From the NCBI GenBank assembly GCA_013265495.1, contig MU057654.1:337558-392052 (forward strand): a DNA stretch of 54,495 nt, read 5' to 3'. The translations under genes and the position numbers were made by a program. The DNA comes from Vicugna vicugna. Taxonomy: Eukaryota. Under the pieces are notes generated by a model, which was not told the DNA's origin, ran no database searches, and worked only from the letters and a program-made list of their open reading frames with translations. The stretch's first letter is position 1; each line of letters starts with the position of its first letter. This document shows, piece after piece, positions 38,894 through 52,654 of the stretch.

Positions 38894-41800
38894 CTAGAAT
38901 AGCTACTTTTAAAACCTTGAAGAAATATTTTAAAATTTTTAAAACCTTTCAGGGGAAGGGAGAGCTTACCTCAGCATGATCTCAAACCTAGAAGCCTTAA
39001 AGGGAAAGGCTGTACAATATGACTGCTTAAATATGTACATCATCCACAGAAAACAACATCATGAACAAAGCTAAATGAGATAAGATATGCATGGAAATAT
39101 GCATGTGATGTATTTTCAGTGAAATACAAGTTGCAGAACAGAACAATGTGTGGACTGTGAGCTCATTTTCTGATAAAAACATGAAGGTATATTTCATTTA
39201 TGTTTATATATGCATAGAACACATTAATAGTAGGTAACTGTAAACATAGATGAGAAGAGGGAAATTTTATATTTTAATTTATGTTACATCTGTTTCGGTT
39301 TTTAATAGGCATGAAGAACTTCCAAGGTTTAAGAAAACACAATAAAGAAGTTTAAAATAGAGTCATTATGAAAAATAACCTCTCAGAGTGCTGTTAACTC
39401 CAAAATCTGTCTCAGAGTGGTAGTCAAATACCCAGCTGGATGCATAATCCAGTCCAATATTGCAGAGGCTGTAATATGGCCTTCTTCCCCAGGGGGACTA
39501 ATTTGTCCCCTTTCTAAGTTAAAACAAAAATATCTAGGACTTCTATTGCTAGTTTAAAAACAGCCAAAAAGCAATTCCAGGGTATTACTAATATCTTTTC
39601 TGATATCAAAAAGGGAATCCATTTAATTCATTTTAAATGATATAAGAAGGTAAAAATTAGAAGTTTTCTTTTATTTATCCATTTAATTATGTCAGGGTTT
39701 TCATTACAGCTTATTAAAAGAAAGCCACACAAATTGGCAAAATTGTAGTTAAATCACATTTTAGTGAACAGAAGACTGAAATGGAAATGGAAAAAAAATA
39801 GAGGTGATAAATTGTTTCACTTGGGTCTCAAAAAATTAATAACAAGTTATTATTACTTATCAAAAAATCAAGAAAAGAGATATACTAATCAACATGTAGG
39901 AAAGAATGCATTGAGAATAGTACAGTTTGTTCCTGCTGTAAAACTATACATATCTCAGACTCTATGAAAGCCAACTGATAGTAAGATCTTAACAGTCATA
40001 AAACTACCATCAACTGATGATTCACCTCTGGCAAAGGGGCATCTAGGAAAAATTTATAACTGTGTCCGAGGAGAAGTATGCTCTACCTTTTGAATACAAG
40101 TATTTGATTTCAGCCGCAGATCAATCCCCATACCAGACATGGATGCACCAATTTCTCCTACTCTGACAGCACTGACATCTAGCTAAGTCAGCTTACCCTG
40201 ATTGCCTGCCCACTAAATAAACAACCTTCTGATGATAATTTGGTTTCTGATGTACACTGCTTTTAGGGACAGAATGTTCTGAGCAGCCAACACTACGAAT
40301 CTGGTCTATGGGTAATTATATTTCTTATAGTAACATAGATTGTCATTCTGTTTTTTGTTTTCAGAAAGAAATTCTACCCCATTTTATAACATGTTATGTC
40401 CATGTGCAAACTTAGAAATGCTCAATAAACAGAAGGCTCTGTGCCCAAAGATGCTTGTATTATATACTTCCTTCACTTCTTAAAATGTAAATGGTCAACA
40501 AGGGCCAGAAAGTTACACTTAGACCACTGTCTGGTGGATTGAATTACATTTGCATGAACCTGGCAGGATAAAGTTTCCCCTCCAATAACACTTCTTTCCC
40601 ATTCCCTCCACTTTCTGTCCCCTCAGGCCTGTCCCCAAACCAACATTGCCCAAGCCCTTAACACAAGGCCTGAGAGGGACCCAGTGGAGAGGGTCAAGCA
40701 TAGAGGTATACATCCCGGAAAGGAAATAGGTTTTACCCTGCTCGATACTACACCTCAGGGCAGGGCTGACCAGGAGCCATTATCCTAGTCTTCTGCACCC
40801 CAGGATGGCAGCACCATAGCTCTGGTGTAAAAGCAAGGAAAAGCCACAGTTTAAACAGAGAAACCAGGGGAAAAAAAAAAAACTTCAGCTTGGGATGTGA
40901 TGTACAACAAATGTAAAAAGATAGCATTGAAAATAGTCACAATCATTCTTAGAAAAGCCATTCTCAAGGGAATTTACCAGAGAAATTAACCAAACAGAGG
41001 CATAAACACAAAATTTGCCTCAACCACATCAATTTGCTAAACCTACACTTAGAAGCTCTTTTGAAACAAGGCAAGTAAAATATGAATTTAAAAATAGAAA
41101 ACCAGTTTTTTGAGCCTTGGAATATTATGCTTTGGGTGACAACTTAGAGAACTATATTCCATCTTTGTAAAATCACCTTTGAATACATTTGACTTGGATA
41201 GACCCACTCAAATTCCTAAAACCGTTAGATGACAGCAAACCCAAATTAGCAGGATATCTTCTGAGTTTCTAATTTCCTTGGCTTCCCAGATGCTGCCATC
41301 CTCTCTAAAGAGAGGACATTGCCTCCTCCCTGCCCCCATGAGCTGCCACAATCACAGAACTGTGCCCTTCCCAAAATGACTGAGAGTGGCAACCCCTGAT
41401 GTGAAAACATCTGGACATCCGCATGTGGCTGGGCCAGTCCAGTGGCCTCCCCGGACCAGACAGTCACACATTGTCTCACACAGCACTTCCCAAAGTCCGG
41501 GTGATTCTGTTCCAAATAATACCAGGTGTGAGACATCAAAATCTCATGCAGTGCACATCAGGCTGTGCCACGCTAAGACTAGTGCCTACTCAGTCTCTGT
41601 TCAACAGAGGTCCAAAAAGTCTTGGCATCCAACCACACCCAGGGTCACCGTATTACCACCGTGACAATTATTATTCTGTATTCAGTGCCCATGGGTGCAT
41701 GACCCAGTGTCATGGGAATTAAATGGTCACCCCCAAAAGACACAGAGGCACAAAGAGAATACTGCCAATGGTCTCCCAGAAGGGGGAAATAAAGGGAGAA

Positions 41801-43259
41801 GTGCAAGGGAGGGAGAGGGAAGAAGGATGGGAAGGAAGGAGGGGATGAGAAGAGACCTGCAGGAGTAGATGGACACTGGTCAGGTCTGTGCCCCTGTCAC
41901 ACGGTGGCTTTGTATTACCCAAGTTAACCTCATCTTCACCCCATGTAGAAAAGTCACTCAGCAACCTAAGTTCAACATGGCTTGATCCAAATATAGTTTT
42001 AGATATTCAAGCTACAGACCTGGGTCAGGGGACGAATTTGTTCTCATTGTCTACTTTCTCAAGTATCTCCAATGAATAATTTTTAGGAGAAAAATTGAAA
42101 AAAAATTGAAATCAGGCTCCAAAAATTTATCTACAGTATAATCCAATTGATGTATAGAATATATAGATGTAGGGATAGTAAAAGTGTCTGGAAGGGTATA
42201 CAGTTTCAATTCTATGCTTCTCTCTCGAGCTGCCACAATCCCTTAGCCAGTTCTTTCTGCAGCCCTCCACTCACACTCTGCACATTCTCTCTCGAGTTTA
42301 CATCTACTCCCATGTCCTCAATTAGCATTCATCTGCTGGTGGCCCCCAAATCTGTATCTACAGCCTAGCCTTCTCCTCTGAGCACCAGATCAACACATTC
42401 AGATAATAATACAGTGTCTCCCTCTGGATGTCACGCAGACACCTCAAACTCAATTTATTTTAAATGGATTAGCCTTCCACTCTGAAATCATTTTCTCCTA
42501 TCTAATAATAGAGTAAGAAAAATGTTAGTTCTCTTTACCCTTTCCCCACCCTTAAAACTAATGTCAACTAATTCCCCACATATGCATGATTCAATAGGGT
42601 CACCATACCCAACAACTTTAAGCCAACCAATCCTTGGTCCTTTTGTCTACTATAGGTAACATTAGAGTAAGTAAATGGAAGCCTGGGGCTGAAAATAGAT
42701 CATAACTGAACAGAGATTTTACCTTTTCCTGGCCTCATATATAAAGCAGGATAACATCCACAAACTGATTAGGAGCTGTGAGGGCTGGTGAGATCATGTC
42801 TGATGAAACACTTTGACTTCTTAGAAATAAGAAGACCCTATTTCTTTGAGAAATTATTGTTAACAGTTGCCTTGCAAGAATGACAGAATTCTACACAGTA
42901 GTCACTTAATAAATGCTAACCTTTATTGTTGTTATTATTTATTAAAAGACACTAACACATGGCAGAATGCCCCCAGTAAAACAAAGATCAACCAAAGAAA
43001 CTATCAACCCTGAATTCTAAGTAATTGAACGTGCTCAGTTTTCTTAATTAACTGTTATATGCCAGAACATTCTAAATATTTTGCATGTGTTACTTCATTT
43101 AATCCTCACGAGCCCCACTGTCACCACTCATCTATTATTTCAGAGAGAAAACTTCAACCCATCTCATTTTTAATCTAAATATTTTTGCACCCGATACATG
43201 CTCCAATCAATTACTTGCCTCATTCCCAACACTTTTTCAAAAAGTTTTGAAAGATCAAT

Positions 43260-43830
43260 ATTTGTTTTAGATAAATAAGAACACAGAGATGAATAAAAAG
43301 TTAAAAATTAAAGATCACTCTATCCTTCCACCCAAATATAACCACTGTTACTATTTGGGTGTCTGTAATTCTAGAGTTTTTAATGTCTACTTAAACATAT
43401 TTTATATTCTCAAAAAAAGTGGAATCACACTATCACTACTGCTCTAACCTACCTTTCTCACCTAACAATGCATGATGAATATCTTTTCCTGGCAATATGG
43501 ATTCCAATCAACATATTTATCTTATACCATGTGAACATTTCTTAATTTATTCACCATGTGAACATTCCTTAATTTATTCAACCAATCCAGTGTGCAAGAC
43601 ATTTAAATTGTTTCCATTTTTCCTATATTAGACAGTGCTGGGATGAACAGTCTTATATATACAATCTTTAACTAATGATTCAATTATTTCCTTAGGACAA
43701 AAGGTTTATATATTTTAAGGCTTGTGATGTATATTACCAAATGGTTGTCCACAAACCTTGTGCCAGCATAAGCTTATTCCTACCACCAGGGTTTGAATGG
43801 GTCCATTTTGCCACACCCTCGCGGACAATG
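43260..43830 (-). mobile_element. Old L1ME-type remnant containing a 27-bp tandem duplication (43526-43579)
   Basis: gacatttaaattgtttccattttt...attatttccttagga...tattaccaaatggttgtcc; accatgtgaacattYcttaatttattc x2. Confidence 0.6.
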
Positions 43831-44348
43831 CACAGTAAGTTAGAGAGGGACTTTTATACAAATTCTAATTATTCTTTCTTGTCAAAATTATTTAGTGGCT
43901 CTCAGTGTTCAGTGGGATAATATTCAAACAGCTCTCCACAAACTAGCTTCAGTCAGCTTTCCAAACTTATCTACTTTCACTCCTCACACTCTCCCCTCTA
44001 AGCAGACTAGTCTCCTCATTGTCATAGGAAGACAGTTCCTACCTCCATGCCTTTCTCACACTGGTCCACCCTCACTCCCATCACATGGAATGCCCTAACT
44101 ACCTGCCCCATTCAGGACTCATTTTAAATGGCCACTTCCTCCATAAATCTGTAGCTGACTACTGTATCCCACAAAAGTCTTTGCTTCCTCTGCACTGAGT
44201 GCACATATTTCACAATAAGTATATGCTCAAGATATTCTGTTATCTTTTTGTTCGTATGTTTCTTATCTCTCTAACTAGATCATAAACCAAAAGACAAGGA
44301 TAGTTTCTTTCTTTCTTCTTTCTTTTTTTTCCAGCATTAACACACAAT

Positions 44349-44354
44349 TTTATT
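44349..44354 (-). terminator. Candidate proximal polyadenylation signal of ARMCX3
   Basis: TTTATT on + (AATAAA on -), ~325 nt after the stop codon. Confidence 0.5.
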
Positions 44355-44679
44355 GATGATACACAAATGAAGTCAATGCAAATGACAGGAGGGAGCTTAT
44401 TTATGACGAATTGGTTCACTGTCACTTATGCAGAAGAAATAGTAAAAATATTTCAATCTAGGCAGCGAGATAAAAAGCAACAAACATATTTTCAAAACAG
44501 ATAGTGATATTCATTCATCCAGCTTATACCTGAAGACCAACTCAGATAAATATCAGCGTTGATGATACAATATGATATTCATTACTCAAAACTGGCAAGG
44601 ATTCCTTTACCATAAAAACAAGGTGGAGAAAAGGAATAGTTTACAATGTGTGTTGCTTCTAAGCTACAAAATCAAGAGG

Positions 44680-45819
44680 TTATTCCTGGCTCTTCGGGAA
44701 CATATGCTCAGCCAGTTTGGCTATGAATTTTCCAATTTTTACTTTCACCAGAAAATCATGATGACTTTCTATCCCCAGAATCTTATCAGCACACACTTGA
44801 AATTCTTTTAAAAAGAAAAAAAGTGAACCTTCACCGAATTGATTCTGAATAGATTCATTTTCTTCCCATTTAAAATTGTCATTTATGTTCTCAAATATGA
44901 CCAGAAGTTTAAGAATCACCTCTTTGTTCTCTTTCTTATTAAAGAGGGAACCCAGTGAAGATGGTACTTGGGCCCTGAGCAGTTCTCTAGCCATGGCTGG
45001 ATTTTCAGCCAAATTCAAAAGGAGTTTCAAAACCTGAAATTTGGTTTCTTCATTTCCTGCTGAAAATAAACGAAAAAAGTCTGAAATGGAATTAGCAAGC
45101 ATGTGCTGATACTCATTAGTAACAGTCATGTTCGTAAGCAATCTTAGTCCCGCCAGCTGCACAGATGAATTCAAGCGAGAAGTGATTGTGTCATCACACA
45201 CTTGATTCATGTATATCTTAAGCCTGCGCTGGTTTTCAGCATTCACACTCAAGTTATTTAGGACAATTAAAGCCTTTTCCTTGACTATGGGATCCCGAGT
45301 ATTGAGAATCTTTGCAACAATTGGGAGACCACCCAGATCACGAATAATATCTCTGTTAAATGCATAGGCAGCATTGTTACCCAGAGCGATTAAAGCTGCT
45401 TCAAGAATATAAGGCTTTTCAGACATCTCAACCAAGCAAAGAACTTTTTGCAGCTCTTGAGGGGACAAAATAGTATCATCTGAATTGGGGGAAGCCCGTT
45501 TCTGGACAGCACGACGAGCCCGGGTAGCTCTGGCCCTTGCCCTGGCCCTAGCTCTGGTCCCAGCCTCAGTCCCAATCCGGGCCCAAGGTGGGTACCATAC
45601 TATACCTTTGTTCTCACTGTTATCATCATCATCGTCAGACCAGTCATTGTACCTGGCCCCAGGACAGTCCCGAACATCATCCACGTCCCCAGACCCTCCC
45701 TCAGCCATTTTCTCCTTGTTCTGTTTTCTTCCCCTGGTCAGTTTATAAATGCAATAGCAGGCTCCAGCCCCAATCACCAGTCCCGCAGTCACCCAGCCTA
45801 CTTTCCTGGCGTAGCCCAT
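44680..45819 (-). CDS. ARMCX3: Armadillo repeat-containing X-linked protein 3 (ALEX3), 379 aa, single coding exon
   Basis: MGYARKVGWVTAGLVIGAGACYCIYKL signal-anchor, RARARARA basic stretch, ARM domain ending EHMFPKSQE. ATG at 45819; acceptor ccctag|gtccac at 45971/45970. Confidence 0.97.
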   Translation of the reverse strand: MGYARKVGWVTAGLVIGAGACYCIYKLTRGRKQNKEKMAEGGSGDVDDVRDCPGARYNDWSDDDDDNSENKGIVWYPPWARIGTEAGTRARARARARATRARRAVQKRASPNSDDTILSPQELQKVLCLVEMSEKPYILEAALIALGNNAAYAFNRDIIRDLGGLPIVAKILNTRDPIVKEKALIVLNNLSVNAENQRRLKIYMNQVCDDTITSRLNSSVQLAGLRLLTNMTVTNEYQHMLANSISDFFRLFSAGNEETKFQVLKLLLNLAENPAMARELLRAQVPSSLGSLFNKKENKEVILKLLVIFENINDNFKWEENESIQNQFGEGSLFFFLKEFQVCADKILGIESHHDFLVKVKIGKFIAKLAEHMFPKSQE

Positions 45820-46549
45820 GCAATCGTCCCTGACAGTATCAGGGACCAAGGAACAGAGTGGTCACTCAAGCTGGGGGAGGAGTGCTATGGGCCTGGTCTG
45901 GGTGCAGGCCAGTGAAGGGTGATTGTCTTCAGCCACTTCAAGGCCACAATAGCTGATACTGGAGGTGGACCTAGGGTGGAGGAAGGAAACGAGGTTTGAG
46001 TTTCTCTTCTCTTTGTGTTGTCCGTGCAGGGAGTTGCACAGGGACAAGTAAATGAGTACTTGGTGGGAAATGTAGATTGCTAACAAACTCTATTCCCCTT
46101 ATTTCACCTCTCCCTGCCCTCCCCAGCCCACCACCTCGCCAAGTCTAGATAAAGGCAATGGAGCCAATAGTCTCTGCTTGGGCCTCAGCTCCCCAACCTT
46201 GGTGTTCCCAGGGAGTGGCACCCTTGCACTAACCTCCTCCAGACAGGCAGCTTGCCCCTTCTTCCCTCCCCTGGAGATGTGCCACGCCCAACAAACCTTG
46301 CAATCTGCAGAGAGACCAGAGCCAGGGAGAACTGAAGGTTTGATGGATTGACTGTTCATTCGTTGCTTTCCTGATTCACCATCAGGTTGTCAGATTTTTT
46401 TAACCTCTCTATAACATCGGAAACATGCACATGACTGCCCCTTCCCTAGCCTGAAATGGAAGGGATACTAGGGAAATAAGGTAGGATTGGGTGAGCCTGT
46501 CCAACTGCGGGCGATTTCCAAGCCCCTCCCCCATTCCAAGCAGCCCCCA

Positions 46550-47760
46550 CGCCCACACCGACCTCTGCTGATCCGAGGAAACTTCCTCCCTTGCTTCAAG
46601 TGGTGCCACCTGCTACAGCCGACCTGCAGGATGACAGATCGAAAACAGGGGGACTAAGTGCTGTTGAGAGAAGAGGATTATGAACAAACTCTCTGATAGG
46701 TTTCCCTTCTGTCACTCTCCCCCACCCCACCCCACCCACCACACACGCGCGCGCGCGCGCACGCACACACATACACACACACACATACACACCCCGCACG
46801 CCATTTCGCCACAGTCCTGAGAGTGCAAGAAACACACTCAGACTCAGATCTAACCTAGATTTTTGCCATCTCTGGTTTCTTCCCACCCCCACCACCGCCC
46901 CGCTTAGGGTCCCCAGATGGTCTTACCCTTAAATCGACCTTCGCGGATCAGGGTTAATTTCCTTCCTCTTCTCTAGCCTGGCGTAGTGCCGCAACCTACG
47001 GAAAGACTGGCAACCCGGGAGAGGCTCGGACCCACAAGACACAGAGCCATGGTCAGGAAGACACAGTCCCAGTCAGAAAGACGGGAAACAGCCGCTACCG
47101 AGTGCTTAGTGGACGGACCAGTCCCCAGAGCAGAAAACTCTTTCCTAATTCGGAGGCCTGGTTGTCAAAGGATTCCCACCCCTATTACCCCTCTCGGGGT
47201 TCTGCTGACACATCACGTTGCACTCTCCCTCCCCATGTCCAGCCCTGCCCCGCCGGCACTGTCCTGGAGGACTAGGGGACAATACCCAGGCCACAGCTCC
47301 CTATCCAGATTATGGCCTCGGTTCCCACCAGATTCCCACCTCCCGATCTCTGGGCTCCTTTCCAAACACTCCCTCTGCTCACCATTTCGCAGCATCGAAA
47401 TGGGCTGCGGGCGGGACAGATGTCTTGGAAAGCCAGCGGCGAGTTGGAGAAACGACGGAGGCGCCCCAGGACCTGCGACGGTCTCCGCCCTGCGCCCTCG
47501 GCCAACCCCCACCTTCTGGAATCTCCCAGGCACTGACCTGCAGGAATCCCGGACAGTTTTCTTCTGCTTCCCTCTGCCGCAGGCCCGCTCGCCCTCAGGG
47601 CAATGGGGAGCTGGTACTCAGACGGGAACAACGACCAGAGCAAGAAGGACTTCTGCACACGTCAGCTCTTTGTCACGTGAGAGCTACGTCATCCACCAAC
47701 TCGGGTCCCCAGTTTCCCCTCCCACCAGCAGTGCGGCAGAGGAGGGCCCGCCCCCCTCCA
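46550..47760 (-). promoter_or_regulatory. ARMCX3: ARMCX3 CpG-island promoter and non-coding 5' exons
   Basis: Minus strand TGACGT (47691-47686), TCACGTGAC (47680-47672), TGACGT (47664-47659); donors CAG|GTCAGT (47538/47537) and AGG|GTAAGA (46927/46926). Confidence 0.8.
46738..46792. repeat. (CA)(CG)n(CA)n alternating purine-pyrimidine tract
   Basis: acacacgcgcgcgcgcgcgcacgcacacacatacacac... Confidence 0.9.
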
Positions 47761-48897
47761 TTCCCTCCCCCATACCAGGCCTTCTTACTCTTTCTTCTTT
47801 GCTAATCCCATCTCCCTGTAGTTGTGTTTGCCTTCCTCCGATTACCAGAAAGGGACAGCATCTTCCCTTGGGGTTACTGGCCACTTGTACTTTTTGAAAA
47901 ATTGCTTCTTCCTTCCCTAGGCTCCTGGGACAGCAACTCTCCTTCCACCTCCTGGCCTCCCAGCTATTAATGTCTACCATTTCCTCTGAAATCTAATCCC
48001 AGATCTAAAACGAAAAAGTCATCAGAAAAGGAGTGAGAGGGTGTTTTTTTCTTTCTTAATGCAGAAAGAATTCTTTCTGTTCTGCCCTCTCCCACCCCCA
48101 GCCTGCATTCTTTTTATGAGAAAAAAAAATTGCTGTAAAGCTATTTTCATTTGAGCAAAAAATAGAGTGGGAGTTGGAAAGCGTTGGGTGATGGCCTCCA
48201 AAAGCCCCGCACTTTCTCACTTGTAGGGAGTGTTACACATTTCACTCAAAACAATCTTAGTGTCTTCTGGGGCCTAGCACAAAACACAGTCCTGGATGAG
48301 CTAATCAGTGTGTCTGAGAATACACAGATCTTCTGACTAGGCCAGTCTTCTAAACTGGAGAGCTACAGACTTTCACTTGCATCCGACGGCAAGGAAGAGG
48401 CACAGAGCCCTCAGAAGCCAATGACACAGAAAAGGTTGAACAGAAATCACAAGTACATAGTGGATATCTGTCAGACACTGATGAAGTGAGTGTCATAGAA
48501 AGAACATTACAAAATATACTTATGGACAGATAGAGAATATCCTCCTTAAATGAAATAGTGGAGGAACACTGAGACCAAGACAAAATTGGCTAAACTTGGC
48601 ATCTAGCAACTAGTGTGAAACCTCTTCACTGACTGGTTTGATGAACTCAAAGATTCACCTGTCAGCAATCATCGAACTTTTTTAGAGTGGGAAAATAATA
48701 AAATAATGTCAGAATATGGGGTTTACAGTGGGATATTCCTTGTTTGGATATGAGGCCATTATCTGAATATAAATTTTACAATCCACAAACCATATGGGAG
48801 TGAATCAAGAGACTGGGAAGCTTGGGAACAGGCAAAACTCCAGGGAAACTCATATCGATGTAATTACTGAAGGACAGTACTGCAATATGACTGAAAT

Positions 48898-48969
48898 ATT
48901 TTTTCTTCCAATTTTATTGAGATATAATTGATATACAGGACTGTGTAAGTTTAAGGTGTACAGGGTACA
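48898..48969 (-). mobile_element. Very short L1 3'-end insertion with ACTGAAAT TSD
   Basis: actgaaat at 48890-48897 and 48970-48977 flank ttttattgagatataattgatatac...aagtttaaggtgtaca. Confidence 0.75.
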
Positions 48970-49899
48970 ACTGAAATTTAGTAAACAGAAACCAAATCAA
49001 CTATATGATTCTGTTTTCAGAGAAAGATCATGTGCAGCAAAGGGGCTTATTCAAGCATAGGAATATATGAAAAGGAGAGTCAGAGGGAAGTGCTGGTAGT
49101 TCCCACCCAAGCACTGTCTGGAGGAGAAGGAGGCTTGGCTAAGATGAATGGAAAAATTAACTTTCTTTGGCAGAGCAATCCCCATGCTGCGTACTTTTAA
49201 GTTTCTTAGCTGAAAGCCGCTTCTTAAAGTGCACCAGTGCCCTTGCTCTGATTGCAGGCTCAGCAAGCAACCTTCTGAAGATCGTAGCTTCCCAAGTAGT
49301 AGCTTGCCTACAGGGAGAAAATGGGCTGGTAAAACTGACAGAAACCTCTAGTACAGTTGTATTTCTCAGGGTATACTTTTCAGATTCAGTTGTCACTCCC
49401 TTGTGAGACTTAGCTACCTGTGTGGCCTACTTACAGAGAGAGAATGCAGAGATCCATGGGTTTGGGCATTCAGATCCAGATTTATATATGTCTCTATGAA
49501 TGGGGGTCTTCCTTTGACAGAGGCATCTGCTCTCAGCATACAGACAAAATCAGGTATTGATCATGAAGCGATGGGGACAAGGCTCTGAACTGTAGATGCA
49601 ACCTTGTGAAATCCTGTCAGGGAAGCCAGGTAGCTTTGGCTTAGAAGACAGCCTTCTGAATCACCATGTCAGAACTGGACCTGTCTAATGTTCAGTCAAT
49701 GTGAAAATTACAACTAAGGTATGCTGTGGCAAAAAGATCCCCAGTGCCTCAGCCAGAACTGGACAAAGGATTCATATCCAAAGTAATTAAAGGGTTCTTG
49801 CAAATCAACAATAGCATCTGAAACAGTTTGCATTTCTCTCTGGGAAAATAAAGGAAGTGCATTTCACATTTTACATATTCTGTCATTTTCCCCAGCAAA

Positions 49900-50130
49900 G
49901 GGGTGGGCATTGTGCCCAAACAGAACTCAGTGCTCTCTCACTGGAATTTAAACCTTGAACAGAGATAGAAAACTGAAAAATCAGTGGAATTATGGCATCC
50001 TGAAGAGATCATCTATCAATCCCTCCTAGCTAGACACCTTAAAGCTGACTGTGGTCTTCAACATTTCTTCATTATTTAAGTTAACTGGGTTTGGTTTCTG
50101 TTGCTTGCAATCAAACAAAATTAATACACA
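49900..50130 (+). mobile_element. MLT1-like LTR 3' portion
   Basis: tttaagttaactgggtttggtttctgttgcttgcaatcaaac...taataca terminus; 5' boundary uncertain. Confidence 0.5.
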
Positions 50131-52163
50131 ATACAAAAATCAAATAACACAATACAAAAAGTAATATAGCTTTTTAAGATAACAATCTTCCATGATTTAT
50201 TTTTCTCACCCTCCATAATTCCACTGGTATTATCATCTTCTGATCCTTTTCTGTTTTCAGGTACTTTATAAAATCACACATCACATATCACATGTGACCA
50301 TACACTGATTTAAGCCAAAAGGTTCCTTTTGGCAGTGGCTTCACATAGTCTTTTGAAGGCTTGTCTGAGGAATTGCTTAAGGATTTTCCCTTTTTGCTTT
50401 TGAAATGGTATGTCAGGCAAATAGCATGCCCTTAAATACATATTTGTTGGTAGATGTATAATGGAGGGAAAAGTAGATTTTAAATGCTAGTCACCAGGTT
50501 CTTTGGTAGAAACTGTGGATCAAAATTACAAAGTAAGCGGATTGAAAGAGTTCTCATTGCCATGGGGTTTAGGAAATTTTAGAGAGGGAGTGGATCCAAA
50601 CAGGAAAGGTTTGACAGTCTGGGAGAATGGTGGTCAGGGGGTATACATTGGAATAATTGAAAAGTACACCAAAGGGGAGAGATTTTTTTTTTACTACTGT
50701 GGAGAGGTGATGGTGGAGCTTTTGTCCTTGAAGCCTGGCTAAGAGTTGTGAAAATGAGTCCTTACTGGAGAGCCACGTCCATGACACCAAAGCACCTGTC
50801 TTTGTTAAGCTTTACATACTCCTTAGTTCTTTCTAACGTATAGATTCAAAATAAATAAAAGCTACTTATATAAGCACTTAGACCCAAAAATTGAATGATG
50901 GACAGTTGAATCTGCTAGTTCTGTAAGTAAAGCTTCATAAATAGAATTCATTTGCCTCAGAGAAGTAAACACAGAATGATGAAAAGAACAGTGTAGGGTG
51001 ATAATGGTGAAATGAGTGAGGTAAGGGTTTAGAAAGATGGGGTGTAATGTTGGTGTATTTAGAATATAAAAGTTTAAGGAAGACCAGAAAGTTGTGATAT
51101 GTTCTTGACTTGTGAATGTTCACCAGTAAGGCACTCTGGGCTTCCTGGTCTACCTCCCAGAGGGACCTCCTCGACATTGGGGCCTCTCACACAGGGAGCT
51201 TCCTGCTGGAGTGTCATATTTCAACATTCTAAGAAAGAGGCTGCCTGAAGGGTCTATATTTAGAGTATGACTCCCCAGCAGGGACAGCTGGATGTCTGGG
51301 GACTAACTTCTGCATACTTTGTCCCTGAGTTCTGGGATTATTCTGAGGGGCTTGTAAGGGCCGTGGACTGAAATTGTAACAGAAGGCAGGGAATGAAAAA
51401 ACCTCTCTCCTGGTGGCTGTTTGGGAGCCTATAAACTGTGCTTTTCGTGAGAGAAAAATGGCATGGATCTCAAGGGTGTTGCAGTGATTCAGTCACACAC
51501 AGACCCCCCACCACTATCTCTATTGGAAGATGCTAGGGGGACGCACAGTGCAAGAGTGACAGATACCAGAGGTATATCACCAGTGTCATGATCAAATGAA
51601 AAGTCCATCTACTGAGTCTCATTTTCATGAATGGGATAGCAGGGAATTCTCTAAGTTCTGGATGATTTATGGGTTTCATTATCAAACTTCAGAACAGATT
51701 TTAAATAAAGACCTTTGAATGAAAAGCAAGCTAATCTGTGAAGTTACTAATTTGTAAGGTTCATCTAAAGATGTAAGATTCATCTGAATTTGGGGTCTGC
51801 ATACAGTCTTCCCTTTAAAGCCAGAATGAAAGCCAGCCACAGTCTTCTGTGACGAGCTCAGTCTTCTGATACCTAACACTACTTGAGTTCAGCCAGGAAG
51901 AAGAAAGGGATAGTGCTTCACTTATCTAAACTGGTCATGATTAAAACACTGACCACCTCACTACAGATTCATTTTATCCATCAATTTATAAACCATATTG
52001 GAAGTACACTGGTCTTATTTGTAAGGATATGTTTTTTAATTTTAATATGATGTTTGAAAGCTGCTATTTCCTGTGCAGTCAGAAGAAAGTATTTTCAATG
52101 TGGTATAAATTAACTTAAATCGATGAGGCTTCCCTATTAACTAGGAAATCTTGTTTTTTAGTT

Positions 52164-52172
52164 ATATGTGTG

Positions 52173-52206
<34 letters not shown>

Positions 52207-52232
52207 CACATACACACACATACATATACATG
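52164..52232. repeat. (TA)n/(CA)n compound microsatellite
   Basis: Directly visible. Confidence 0.9.
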
Positions 52233-52654
52233 TATGGTATTTTCTGATTATAAAATAGTGTAAGCTTGAGCCAATAAAAGAGGAAGGATGGATGAAATAG
52301 AACATAAATTTATTAAAATATTCCACAAAATCTGACTGCTACTTGAACGTTTACTCCTGCTCCTCCCACTTAATTTTGGTGCAGAGACTGGATGTGAGAA
52401 GGGGTAGAAATTAAGAAAGGACGGACAGGAGTTTCAGAGCCAAGGAAAGGATAAGACATTTCCCGAAGAAGAAGTATAAGTGAAGGACAGACTCAGGAAA
52501 AGATGCTGCCCCTTCCTGTCATTAGGGAAAAGCAAATTCAAACACCAGAGAGCCACCGCTACTTCTGGTTTCTGGTATTGTTACAGAGGAAAAGAGTGAC
52601 AGGGCCCAGTGTGATGGGGGGAGATACGGGGCAGACTGGCGCCTGCTGCACTGC

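Noticed and set aside
41380..41720. Possible retroviral integrase-like fragment (GQSSGL...)
   Set aside because: Similarity limited to a few residues; not supportable by eye.
45820..45849. 10-aa N-terminal extension of ARMCX3 in the ORF track
   Set aside because: Non-ATG start; the conserved MGYARK start is at 45819.
46986..47897. 303-aa ORF on + strand (and overlapping 195-aa ORF)
   Set aside because: Non-ATG start, lies antisense across the GC-rich ARMCX3 promoter where stops are scarce, and shows no recognisable domain. Antisense non-coding transcription is not excluded.
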